Shown here piece by piece: positions 24,760 through 36,210 of a stretch of 64,000 nucleotides of DNA. Below the pieces are notes generated by a model. That model made no database searches, was not told where the DNA came from, and saw nothing but the letters and a program-made list of their open reading frames with translations. A program made the translations under genes and the position numbers. The number at the start of each line of letters is the position of its first letter. Position 1 is the stretch's first letter. Source of the DNA: Octopus vulgaris (lineage: Eukaryota); the NCBI GenBank assembly GCA_951406725.2, contig OX597826.1, positions 71,858,001 to 71,922,000 on the forward strand, in the 5' to 3' direction.

Positions 24760-27700
24760 TATGGAATGGAGAACGGGAACATGGAATTACCAATCCCTAT
24801 TCGCAAACAATATATGAATCTCCTTATCCATTGGACAATTTTTTTTATTCAGTGACTAAGATAAAAATGGCACCGTGAAATTGAAGAAGATGAGTTCAAA
24901 CATATCTTCAAGTCTAGATGAAACAATCCTTATAAACCTAGTCTGGATACTTTCGAAAAGGATCTATTCTGTATTATTGAGAACGTAAGTTCTAGAAAAT
25001 ATCCTTTCAGAAACAATCCCTTTTTAAAAAAAGAAGTTAATACAGTCATAAAGGGACTCAAGAAATCTTCTGGCATCTTAGTCCAGGTGCACAAGACAAG
25101 AAATCTACATAGCTTCAACCTTTACCAGAGGCTTATACTTAAGGGAGTACATAGGGACTATTAAAATAACTTCAAGCTCTATACAGGATCACATCAACTC
25201 TGAAGGTCGTCAGATTGGCTGCCAACTTAACCTCAAAGATTGTACTAAACTTCTTAAAACTAAAACACTGAGGATTAATTGTAAAGAATCAGAACAGAAA
25301 GTTCAGAGAGAACCTTTCTGTAAGGCTTATATGTTCTTTGACCAGATTAGTAAGAAAATACTTGACACTATCACTCCTCCCTCTATTTTTGTTAAGCTAA
25401 ATTTTTATCTGTGGTTCAACATTTCTGATTTGGTTGATTGGTTTGAACATGTTCAACACAAACTAGGTGTAGTTTCATAAATTTTTATATTGATAGTTAT
25501 TACTCTAGTATATCTTTCAGTATTACTAAATAAAGTCTTGATGTTTGCAATGGAAATTTCTTCTTTAACACATAGAGATATTGATCTTATTCTAGGTGTA
25601 GACACTTAGTTATAAAGTTTGATAGGAAATTATGGACCAGGAAAGACAGAGCTAATAACTTTGATACTACAGTGGGATCCAGCAGCTCTGTGCAAGTCAC
25701 AGAGCTTATTAGAATATGTTTATTGTATGCCTTACAGCATAATTTCCCTGGTCTTATTTACTTTGTACCAAGATTATGCATTGTTTATATTTCCTAGCAC
25801 TACTAAAGTGTATATTGAAAGATCAAGGAAGAAATGAAAATTTTCTAGCAACTCTGGACTAGGAATTACAGTAGAAAATAATTTTAGGATAATCGATTTC
25901 CTCAATGTCACCTTAGACCTTAACTATGGATTATACTATTCATACTGCAATATAACTGTTAATATTAATTATGTAAATCACTACTCCAATTACCCTAGAA
26001 GTGTAATTAATTATATTTATCAGCTAAAGAAAATATCTTTAGGCAGGATTCTCAGTACTCTAATGAGGTGCTCAATATGGCTAGTTACAAGGAGAAAATT
26101 ATATCTAAATCTGGAGAACCCGTTAACAGTAATAGAGTAAGCAACCATACTATTAGTTCTTCTAAATGTAGTTCTGCTAATAACATTACCAAGAATAATA
26201 TTAGTAATAATACCAGGAATATTACTAACAACAGCAACAACAACAATAATAATAATTGTAGTAATAGTATTAGAAACAGTAATGTTCATAATTATCTGAT
26301 GATAACATGAGGAATAGGACATAAGCTGGAGGTGCTTGCAGTACAAGCAACAGTAATAAAAATAACAGTACTGATAGTAATGAAACTGGTGATGGTTGTT
26401 ATAATAATGGAAGTGACGGAATGGTGTCCGTGTTGGTGGTATGTAAAAGCTCCAAGCGATCGCGGCCGTTTGCCAGCCTCCCCTGGCCCCTGTGCCAGTG
26501 GAACATAAAAAGCATCCACTACACTCATGGAGTGGCTGGTGTTAGGAAGGGTATCCAGCTGTAGAAACACTGCCAGATCAGACTGGAGCCTGGTGCAGCC
26601 TCCAGACCCCGATCAAACCATCTGACCTATGCTAGCATGGAAAACGGACGATAAACGATGATGATAATGATGATATCATGTACATTGGTTTATCTTGGTA
26701 TAAAAGATGGGCTACAACAAATATTCTGCTTAATACCACAGATTTCCTTGTCAGTTGTTTGACCATAACCAGTTGAGCATGTCCCTTAGTGGCTGACGAT
26801 ATGTGCATCTCTGATCACAAGCTGAAGTAGTGGGGGAGCATCATAGCCGTGTGTTGAAAGGAATTCTTGGAGGTTTGGACAATTCACCTTTGGAAACATG
26901 GGTGGTTCGTTCAACATCCTTAAACAATCCTTATTCAGAGACCTTTTGAGCGGGATGGGCTACTCGACCAGAAGAAAATTCTAACTGGGCTCCACCTGCA
27001 AGGTTATGAGCTGTTTATCTTGATATGAGATCACCATGTTGTGCACATATGGTTGTGATGTATGTGCCTGGTGTATCCTTATCAGATGGGTAGTCATGAT
27101 GGGTATACTGGGCTTCGTATATTTTACCCCAGTGTCACTTTGATGGCATGCACTGCTTTCTCACTCAATAATAATAATAATATCAACAACAATAATAATC
27201 CTTTTTACTGCAGGTACAAGACCTGGAATTTTGAGGAAGGGGGCAAGTTGATTACATCGATCCCAAAACCCGACTGGTTTTTATTTTACCGACTCTGAAA
27301 GAGATGAAAGGCAAAGTCAACCTCAGCAGAATTTAAACTCAAAATGTAAAAGCAGATGCAGTGCTACTAAGCATTTTTTCTGGCATGCTAATGTTTCTGC
27401 TGGTTTGCTGTCTTAACAATAATAATTATAAAAATACTAGTAATATTAATAGGATTGGTAATAATAATAGTGACAATAATAACAACAATAATAATTATGA
27501 AAATAAAGGGTATTTGTACCTGCCAAAGAAGTAGTTGGCAGATATTACATAAAAGTGATATATTGTGGTATAACCCTTCATGATCTACAAATATTGTTAC
27601 ATAACTAGCTAGGAAGTTTTTCATTATTTTGGAAAAAACACTCCCCTCCATCTAGCAGATATAGTAGAATCTTTAACAAATACAAGATTAAGCTCTCTTT

Positions 27701-28449
27701 TTCTACCATACTTAAAACCTAGCCAATCACATTGGTGTTATTAATAAGAATTCTCCCAATAATAGTAATAGCATAAACCCTTACAGGGATGGAACCAAAA
27801 CCCACTCTATTCATTTTTACTGCTACTGTACTTTCCAACACTCATTCAGTATGAGGATACAACATTAATAATATTAGTGAATAAAAGTGGAAGAACTGAT
27901 GATAATAATAATGATGATGATAATCCTTTCTAATATTGGCACAAGGCCTGCAATTTTGCAGGAGGAGTCTAGTCACTTATATTGATCCTAGTGCTTAACT
28001 GGTACTTATTTCATCGACCCTGAAGTATTTTGCCCAGTATGCTAATGGTCCTGCCAGCTCACTACCACAATGATAATAATAATGAAAACAATATTAATAA
28101 TGACAATGATTACAATAATAATACAGATGCTATTGATTGGGTTAATATTAAGTATAGAAATAGTGAAAGAAATAACCATCATAGGTGTAAGAATTCATGT
28201 AATAATATTAATTATATCAACTTTGGGGGAGGAGTAAGTTGCTTACGTCAACCCCAGCGCTCAACTGGTACTTATTTTAGCAACCCTGAAAGGATGGAAA
28301 GCAAAGTCGACCTCAGTGGCAGTTGAATTCAGAATGTAAACGCAAACGTATAATAATAATATCAACTATAATAATAATACTAGACATATTGGTATTAATA
28401 GTTGTGATAATGGTTATGGTAATAACTATAACTGTAGTAGTAGTACTAG

Positions 28450-28480
<31 letters not shown>

Positions 28481-29200
28481 CATAATCATTTTGGAGCACT
28501 GGTGGGACTAAATGATGCTTATACCTCCAGTATGAATTTTGGTAATGTAAGTGTTGATGGCATGACTAAAGCACATAATTCTTCTGATTATGATTGCATT
28601 ATTGTATGAATTATGTAACCTTTCGATATTCTCATCCTGACATTAAGTAGATTATGTAACTGTAAGAAGAGAATTTACATGCTCCCTAGGAAATAAATGC
28701 CTAACCAAAAACTTATATAAGTGTCGTATTAGAACTAGTCCACATACATTCACTTATGTGGGTTTCACTTCTTCCATTTTTGAGGTAAGATCATATAGTC
28801 ATCTTTCCTACACTTAGAAGGAGAGATACAGCACAAAAAACAACACTTTCCATGAAGGTCTTGGAGTTAAATGACAAAAAGTCAACTTTCATCTGATGTG
28901 AAACATTGCTAGAAGCACTAAACCAATTGTTAGTGGTAGATATGGTTGGAATCTCTATGGCTTAGAATTGTTGGAAATCTTAAGATATATGGTGAAATTA
29001 TTAACGGATCAGATGAATTAAAGATCAAATACCTACATTCTATCCATATATCTTTCTTATGCTTTAAACTAATTCTATAAAGTCTTCCCTGAGTGTTAGA
29101 TATATATCTATTGGAAATATCAGTTCTCGGTTTTTCTTCTCTGATATTTTCTGGCCTCTCAGTTTGTGACTTCTTTGCAACTAAATAATTGATATCTGTA
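24760..29200 (+). mobile_element. Decayed Penelope-like retroelement (Naiad-type), fragmented by nested repeats
   Basis: Ordered motifs: KQYMNLLI (N-terminus), WFNISDLVDWF..F.IDSYYSSI, LYQD, ITVENN..IDFLNVTLDL..YVN..SNYP (PLE RT), ILWYNP..RIFNK..IKLS, then CNC..C.LGNKCL..YK..TYVGFT (GIY-YIG) from 28655. Confidence 0.85.
26677..27182 (+). mobile_element. Unclassified interspersed repeat ending in (TAA)n
   Basis: Its 3' part matches 735-1110 (tggttgtgatg...cagtgtcactttgatggcatgcactgc). Ends ctcactc(aat)n. Confidence 0.7.
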
Positions 29201-30622
29201 AATTTTAGTGCTGGTGCCATGTATAAAGCACTGTTGCTGGTGCCGCATAAAAACCATCTATGTTGGTGTCTCATATAAAGCACTGTTGCTGGTGCCACAT
29301 AAAAAGCATGCAGTACACTCTATAAAGTGGTTGATGTTAGAAAAGAGCATCCAGCTGTAGAAACCATGCTTGAACAAACAATTGGGGCCCAGTGTAGCTC
29401 TCTGACTTGCCATCTCCTCTCAAAATGTCCAACCCATGCCAGCATGGAAAACAGACACTAAATGATGATGATGATGACGATGATGATGATATACTAACAA
29501 ATTTTTAAATTTATAGCTTTGACACTGCTTATTGCCTATACCAAAAGTATTGTCTTCCTGTCAGTGTGTTGACCACACTCACAATTTGATTTATCCTATT
29601 CTGCTTCTGTTATTTCTTCCCTCTCCCTTTTCTCTGAGTTTTCACTGGAAGCTTTCTCAAATTTGTGGCTTTCCTTAAGTTATTCTCCCTGAATTATAAA
29701 TTAGCTGAACTTCCCTTAGTTAAAGTTGATACTCTATAAGTTCTGTAATAATTAATCAGAGCATTTTTATTAAGACTAATTAAGTGAACAAATAAGTAAT
29801 ACTGGAATTTATTAGCCATGCCACTCCTTAATGTAGTCAACTTTAAAACACTATAACACTGTTTTTTTTTTTTTTTTTGAGGAGAGTTGGCAGCTTTTTT
29901 CTTTGAACATGTTTTAATAATGTCAAATGTTGTGCTTGGCACCTGCTATCCACCAGTATACAAACATGTTCTGCCACTACCAACCTTCATGAATGAGATT
30001 GCTAAGTTTAATGACATCTTGAACTGTTCTTTAATTTTCAACCTCATTCTGCTGTCCACCTACACTGTTTGACAGTTTGTAGTCCCACCCAATTTACATT
30101 TCTTAAATGTTGGTAATTCTGATTAGAAGTTTTACTTGTTGGTGATCTGTTGATCAATCAACATATCACTGCTTGCTTGTTTACTTGGTTACCCTGATGA
30201 GTTTCAGAGTCGCATAAAATATTGTGTAATCCTGTGGATATTGTGCATATGGCATACTTGACTATACTATGCTTACAATAAAAACTCTTAACAAAAACCA
30301 ATTGTAGCTGTACCACATAACCCGTTCATCTGCTTAGCGAGGTCGTTGCCAGTGTTGCTGGACTGACTTCTGTGTAGGTGGCACATAAAAGGCACCATTT
30401 GAGTGTGGCTGTTGCCAGTACCACCTGACTGGCGCATGTGCCGGTGGCACGTAAAAGCACACACTACACTCTCGGAATGGTTGGCGTTAGGAAGGGCATC
30501 CAGCTGTAGAAACTCTGCCAGATCAGATGCAGCCATCTGGTTCGCCAGTCCTCAGTCAAATCATCCAACCCATGCTAGCATGGAAGGCGGACGTTAAACG
30601 ATGATATATATATATATATATA

Positions 30623-30772
30623 TATAGAGCAATAAGAAAATGGAGGGGATCAATAGGTGGTTCATCAACTTTGAGATATTATATTATATCAATTTATTTA
30701 CATTGACATAATATAATGTCTAAAAGTTGATGAACCACCTATTGATAACCTCCATTTTCTTGTTACTCTATA
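30623..30772. repeat. Foldback inverted repeat (about 70 bp arms, about 8 nt loop)
   Basis: tatagagcaataagaaaatggagg...ggtggttcatcaacttt... is mirrored by ...aaagttgatgaaccacc...cctccattttcttgttactctata. Confidence 0.92.
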
Positions 30773-30949
30773 AATTAATGGTAAAATACCTATTTGCCCT
30801 CACCCATTTTGTACACTAGGTAATGTAATTGCAATGCAAAAAAAAAAACCCACTTGTGTATTAATAATTGGGTATTCTACCAGCAGTATATTGGATAGAT
30901 ATTATCCCTTAGTGGGTTGGATTCACAACCTCTAACTTTCTTGAAATAT

Positions 30950-31270
30950 GTCATAGGGCCAGTCAGGCGCAAGTTGACTAAAATTGAGAGTATGATAGAA
31001 GAAGGCTTGCTCTTCCTTCCGTAGAAGAAAAAAATTCAAATCAGACCATGTTAACACCAAAAATTATTTATATCAAAAAGGTGCTTTTTTCCTATGAAAA
31101 TCCCTATTTTTTACGATTTTTTTATTCCTGTGTCACCATTTTTCGGTGTATTTCAACCAGAAAAATGTTCACTTAAAGACATTAACAAGCTACATAATGC
31201 AAAATTTTTTCAAAAATTCCAATTCTAAAGGGTCAAAACAAACCCGAGCAACGCCGGGCGATACTGCTAG
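30950..31270 (+). mobile_element. Helitron 3' end (non-autonomous); 5' boundary uncertain
   Basis: GC hairpin cccgagcaacgccggg about 8 nt upstream of a terminal CTAG|T at 31267-31271. Confidence 0.7.
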
Positions 31271-31549
31271 TATTTAAATAAATTGCTAATGTAGTCTTGA
31301 TGCCTGTCCGTCTTCTAATATTGAAAATCTCATTTGAATTTCGACTGAATTACTGAGATGAGAAATTATTATTATACACTTCCTTCCTTGTAAAATGGGT
31401 TAGTGACAGGAAAGGCGTCCAGCTGTTAAACACTGCTTCAACAATACATGTTTGTGTAACAATGCTGGGATGAAAAAAGAAATAGATGCTAAACAAATAA
31501 ATGAACACACTGATGGATTCAGATTAGTTTTTTCATCATGATTGTTATG

Positions 31550-31595
31550 GTCACAGCATTTCAGCCAGTGTAGTTTCTAGTCTTCTTCAGGTGAC
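31550..31595 (-). ncRNA. Degenerate minimal hammerhead motif in a probable Penelope pLTR fragment
   Basis: Minus strand GTCAC-CTGAAGA-A-GACTAG(aaactaca)CTGGCT-GAAA-TGCT-GTGAC. Stem I is a perfect 5 bp and both core boxes are present, but stem II is mismatched and the cleavage site is damaged. Confidence 0.5.
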
Positions 31596-33101
31596 TGACA
31601 TATTCAGTAGCCCTCTTGGTATCATGGACCAAACCTTTATCAATTCCGTGCTGTGGTAGATTGTTCTCATTCTGTTGTCATACCATGGATGTTATTAGTT
31701 ATTTCCTTAGTTGTTATGTCTCTTGCTTGTTCAGTTTCAACTAGAAAATATATTGCTTGGTTAATCCAGGATTTGAACTAATTGCCCACTAATTAATCTA
31801 CTAAACTTAACCCTTAATCTATTAAATTACTAATCTACTAAACTTAACCTTTGACACTTATATCTATTATACCATTGGTTTATTATCTTCTCTACAAGTA
31901 GCAGTACCTGGCCATCAGGTGAAATGCTTAGTGGTATTTCGTCTGCCGTTACGTTCAGAGTTCAAATTCCACCGAGGTCGACTTTGCCTTTTATCTTTTC
32001 GAGGTCAATTAAATAAGTACCAGTTACGCACTGGGGTCGATGTAATCGACTTAATCCGTTTGTCTGTCCTTGTTTGTCCTCTCTATGTTTAGCCCCTTGT
32101 GGGTAGTAAAGAAATAGGTATTTTGTCTGCTGTTACGTTCTGAGTTCAAATTCCGCCGATGTCAACTTTGCCTTTCATCCTTTCGGGGTCGTTTAAATAA
32201 GTACCAGTTGCATACTGGGTCGATCTGATCGACTGGCCCCCTCCCCCAAAACGTTAGGCCTTGTGCCTAGAGAAGAAAAGATTATTATTATCATTACCTA
32301 AAGTAGTATTGGTTTCATATTTTGGCTCAAGGCCAGCAATTTCAGAGGAGAGGTTAATTTGATTATATCAACCCAGTATTCAACTGGTACTTATTTTATT
32401 GACCCCAAAAGAATGAAAGGCGAAGTTGACTCTTTGAAGAATTTGAACTCAGTACATAACAACAGATGAAATGCTGCTGAGCTTTTTGCCCAGCATGGTA
32501 AGGATTCTGCCAGCTCACCACCTCACACCTAAAATAAATATTCATTATTATATATCATCATCATCATCATCGTTTAACGTCCGTTCTCCGTGCTAGCACG
32601 GGTTGGACGGTTCGACCGGGGTCTGGGAAGCCAGGGGCTGCACCAGGCTCCAGTCTGATCTGGCAGAGTTTCTACAGCTGGATGCCCTTCCTAATGCCAA
32701 CCACTCTTTTACTCTTTTATCTGTTTCAGTCATTTAATCCCAGAACTTATTCTTTGTAAACCTGGTACTTATTCTACCGGTCTCTCTTGCCGAACTGCTA
32801 AGTTACAGAGGCATAAACACACCAGCATCGGTTGTCAAGCGATAGTGGGGGAACAAATACAGACACACAAACATACACCCCCCCCCCACACACATATATG
32901 TATGTGATGGGCTTCTTTCAGTTTCCATCTACCAAATCCACTCACAAGGCTTTGGTCAGCTCAAGGCTATTGCAGAAGACACTTGCCCAAAGTGCCATGC
33001 AGTGGGACTGAACCCGGAACCATATGATTTGTAAGCAAGCTACTTACCACACAGCCACTCCTGCCCAAAATATGTATACAATCACCTAAAATGATTACCT
33101 A

Positions 33102-33143
<42 letters not shown>

Positions 33144-34257
33144 TCACAGGAATTCATAATATTTTAGACAAATTGCTAAATTGCTTCGAAACAATTCTTA
33201 TAATCTTTGGTTGGTTCAGGAATATGGATTCTATTAGAATTATTACATCAAGCTGAAATTCAGAATAATGTCACATATTCTATGATTTTTCTCCATAGAA
33301 ATCTGTTTCTTTGTGCAAAATTCCAGTTACCCAATGGGAAAACTGAAGCCAAACAACTTGGAATATACATACATAAAAGTTAGCTTATATATTCAGATAA
33401 TCACTAATCCAGTGTCTTAAAGGAATAATAGGATAGTGAACATAACGAATGCTATGAAATCATTGTTGTTATTTGTAATATATCTTGGCTAAAAAACTGA
33501 CAGCCAGCAATTTGCAGTGAATACAGACATGTTTATACTTGTGCTTCAAAAACTGAAGTTGATCATCTACATTGAATGAAACGGCTTTTGGCAATTGTTT
33601 TTTTTACCCCAGCATACATTCAGCAACGCCACAATCATAACATTTATATGACAGGACATTACATTCAGCAACTTAATCACCAATTTAGACTCTATATTAT
33701 ATACATTCACAACGCCATACTCTCCTACGTTATGTACATTCAATATGTGTGTGTACCAGTTGCATACTGGGGTTGATCTGATCGACTGGCCCCCTCCCCA
33801 AAAACGTCGGGCCTTGTGCCTAGAGAAGAAAAGATTATTATTATCGTTACCTAAAGTAGTATTGGTTTCATATTTTGGCGCAAGGCCAGCAATTTCATAG
33901 ACACTAAATCACATACATACAATTCCACAATAACTAATACAGCTTCTACAGTACATGCATTCAACAACACTATATGCACTAGTGCAGGTGGCATGTAAAA
34001 AGTCACTATTTGAATGTGGCCGTTGCTAGTACCACCTGACTGGCCCTCGTGCCGGTGGCACGTAAAAGCACCCACTACACTCTTGGAGTGGTTGGCATTA
34101 GGAAGGGCATCCAGCTGTAGAAACTCTGCCAGATCAAGATTGGAGCCTGGTGCAGCCTCCTGGTTCATCAGACCTCAGTCAAATTGTTCAACCCATACCA
34201 GCATGGAAAGCGGACGTTAAACAATGATGATGATGTTACTACAGAACATATGTTTAA

Positions 34258-34479
34258 CCCTTTTAGCATTTAAACCAGCCATATCCAGCCCAGCTATTCT
34301 ACCTGTCTTATGTTCAAACTAACCAGATTTGGCCTCTCACACCAACCTGACAATGTAATTCTAAAAATAAACCAACCCACCATCGAAATCCCAAAGCTAT
34401 GAAATAAAGTATGATTTCTTTCCAGACAATGTGAAATCATAACCATTGCATTTGGCAGATTAATCTAAACATTCAAGGG
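34258..34479. mobile_element. piggyBac-type MITE with TTAA TSD
   Basis: TTAA|ccctt...aaggg|TTAA. Related copies near 10190, 45631, 46480 and 60716. Confidence 0.85.
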
Positions 34480-35947
34480 TTAATGACAACACAGTTATTT
34501 GCAATCAACTCCATAGATACTGCAGGTCAAATATTCAACAACACTTACCAGTCACCAGCAGTGTTGTGACAAGAAATATTTACCGAGAGTCAAATTGGTT
34601 TATTTGGCACAAAAGATCAACTCCAGAATTCAGTACATAGACTAGAGTGTGTCTTTTACTCTTTTACTTGTTTCAGTCATTTGACTGTGGCCATGCTGGA
34701 GCACCACCTTTATTCAAGCAAATCAACCCCAGGACTTATTCTTTGTAAGCCTAGTACTTATTCTGTCGGGTCTCTTTTGCCGAACTGCTAAGTTACGGGG
34801 ACGTAAACACACCAGCATCGGTTGTCAAGCGATGTTGTGGGGGACAAACACAGACATACAAACATATATATACAAACATATACATACACATACATACATA
34901 CATATATATTGCACATTTATTGTACATGGCTGACTGTCAGCTTTCAACTAAAATGTGCCATAAGTGACCTATTTGACTGTGGCCATGCTGGAGCACTGCC
35001 TTTAGTCGAGCAAATTGACCGCAGGACTTATTCTTTGTAAGCCTAGTACTTATTCTATCAGTCTCTTTTGCCGAACCGCTAAGTTACGGGGACGTAAACA
35101 CACCAGCACCGGTTGTCAAGCGATGTTGGGGGGACAAACACAGACACACAAACATATACATACACATACATACATACATATATATTGCACATGGCTGACT
35201 GTCAGCCTTCAACTAAAGTGTACCGCAAGTGACCTACAACAGAAGTTATTGTAATGATGTCATTGCACTTTAAAGATTGACCGGCATTTTCCAGATCCCT
35301 GATGAGTCATAAGGAAATTTAAGTCAACCGTAATTACATCTTCAATAGCTGAATCAACACTGAACTGCTCTTGCTCACGTGCTTGTTTCGCCATGAACAT
35401 GTCAGGATGGTGAATTGACCATGGCAGTCAATTCACCATCACCATTGTCATCATTTAACATCCATTTTCCAAGCTGGCATGGGTTGGATGGTAGGACAGG
35501 TACCATGTCTTACCATGCCAGGCTGCATTCAGGTGAGACATGTTATAGCAAAAGGTGTTAACTATGGAAGCTTTAAACAGTTGAATAGTATATAGGTGAC
35601 TTTTTTATCGTGTTTTTGTTATGGTTTGTTGGATTTATGGCAGAAGCTAAACAAACTAACTTTATAGTGGTTGTTTAGTATTGCTAGCCATCAATAATCA
35701 ATGAGAGATTGTAATCTTTTCAGAGTTGTAGAATATTAATTTCTATTTTGTAACCAAGGTAACAAATGGTTGTTTGTCAGAGAAAACATTTGTCATTGTT
35801 TAAAGGAAAAGCGAATCTCTTAAGAAACTGAAATACATTGAATCAAGTTACCAGTATGTTCCTCAATATTTTTGCCAATAACATTAAGCTTTCGTTTTTG
35901 GATTTGGTTTGCAAGATTCTTTATATGAGTGCGTGTGTTGAAGCATA

Positions 35948-36210
35948 TTCTGTTGTGTCTGGGGAGAGTCATTTTCTTTTTGCACCTTATAATGTAACAC
36001 ACTCACCAGTTAAGTTTCCACATATTTTTTATTTTATTTTCCTAAAATTTTCGTTGCGTCTTGCAACCTTTTCACGACTATTGAAAAGGTTGCAAGACGC
36101 AACGAAAATTTTAGGACAATAAAAGATAAGAAATAAGTGGAAATTTTACCGGTGAGTGTGTTACATTATAAGGCACAAAAAGAAAATGACTCTCCCCAGA
36201 CACAGCAGAA
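35948..36210. repeat. Foldback inverted repeat (about 127 bp arms, 7 nt loop) made from a dispersed repeat
   Basis: Centre ...cgttgcgtcttgcaaccttttca-cgactat-tgaaaaggttgcaagacgcaacg.... A single arm also occurs at about 10000-10095. Confidence 0.93.

Noticed and set aside
35298-35325. CTGATGA...GAAA hammerhead candidate
   Set aside because: No stem II pairing between the boxes and no stem I.
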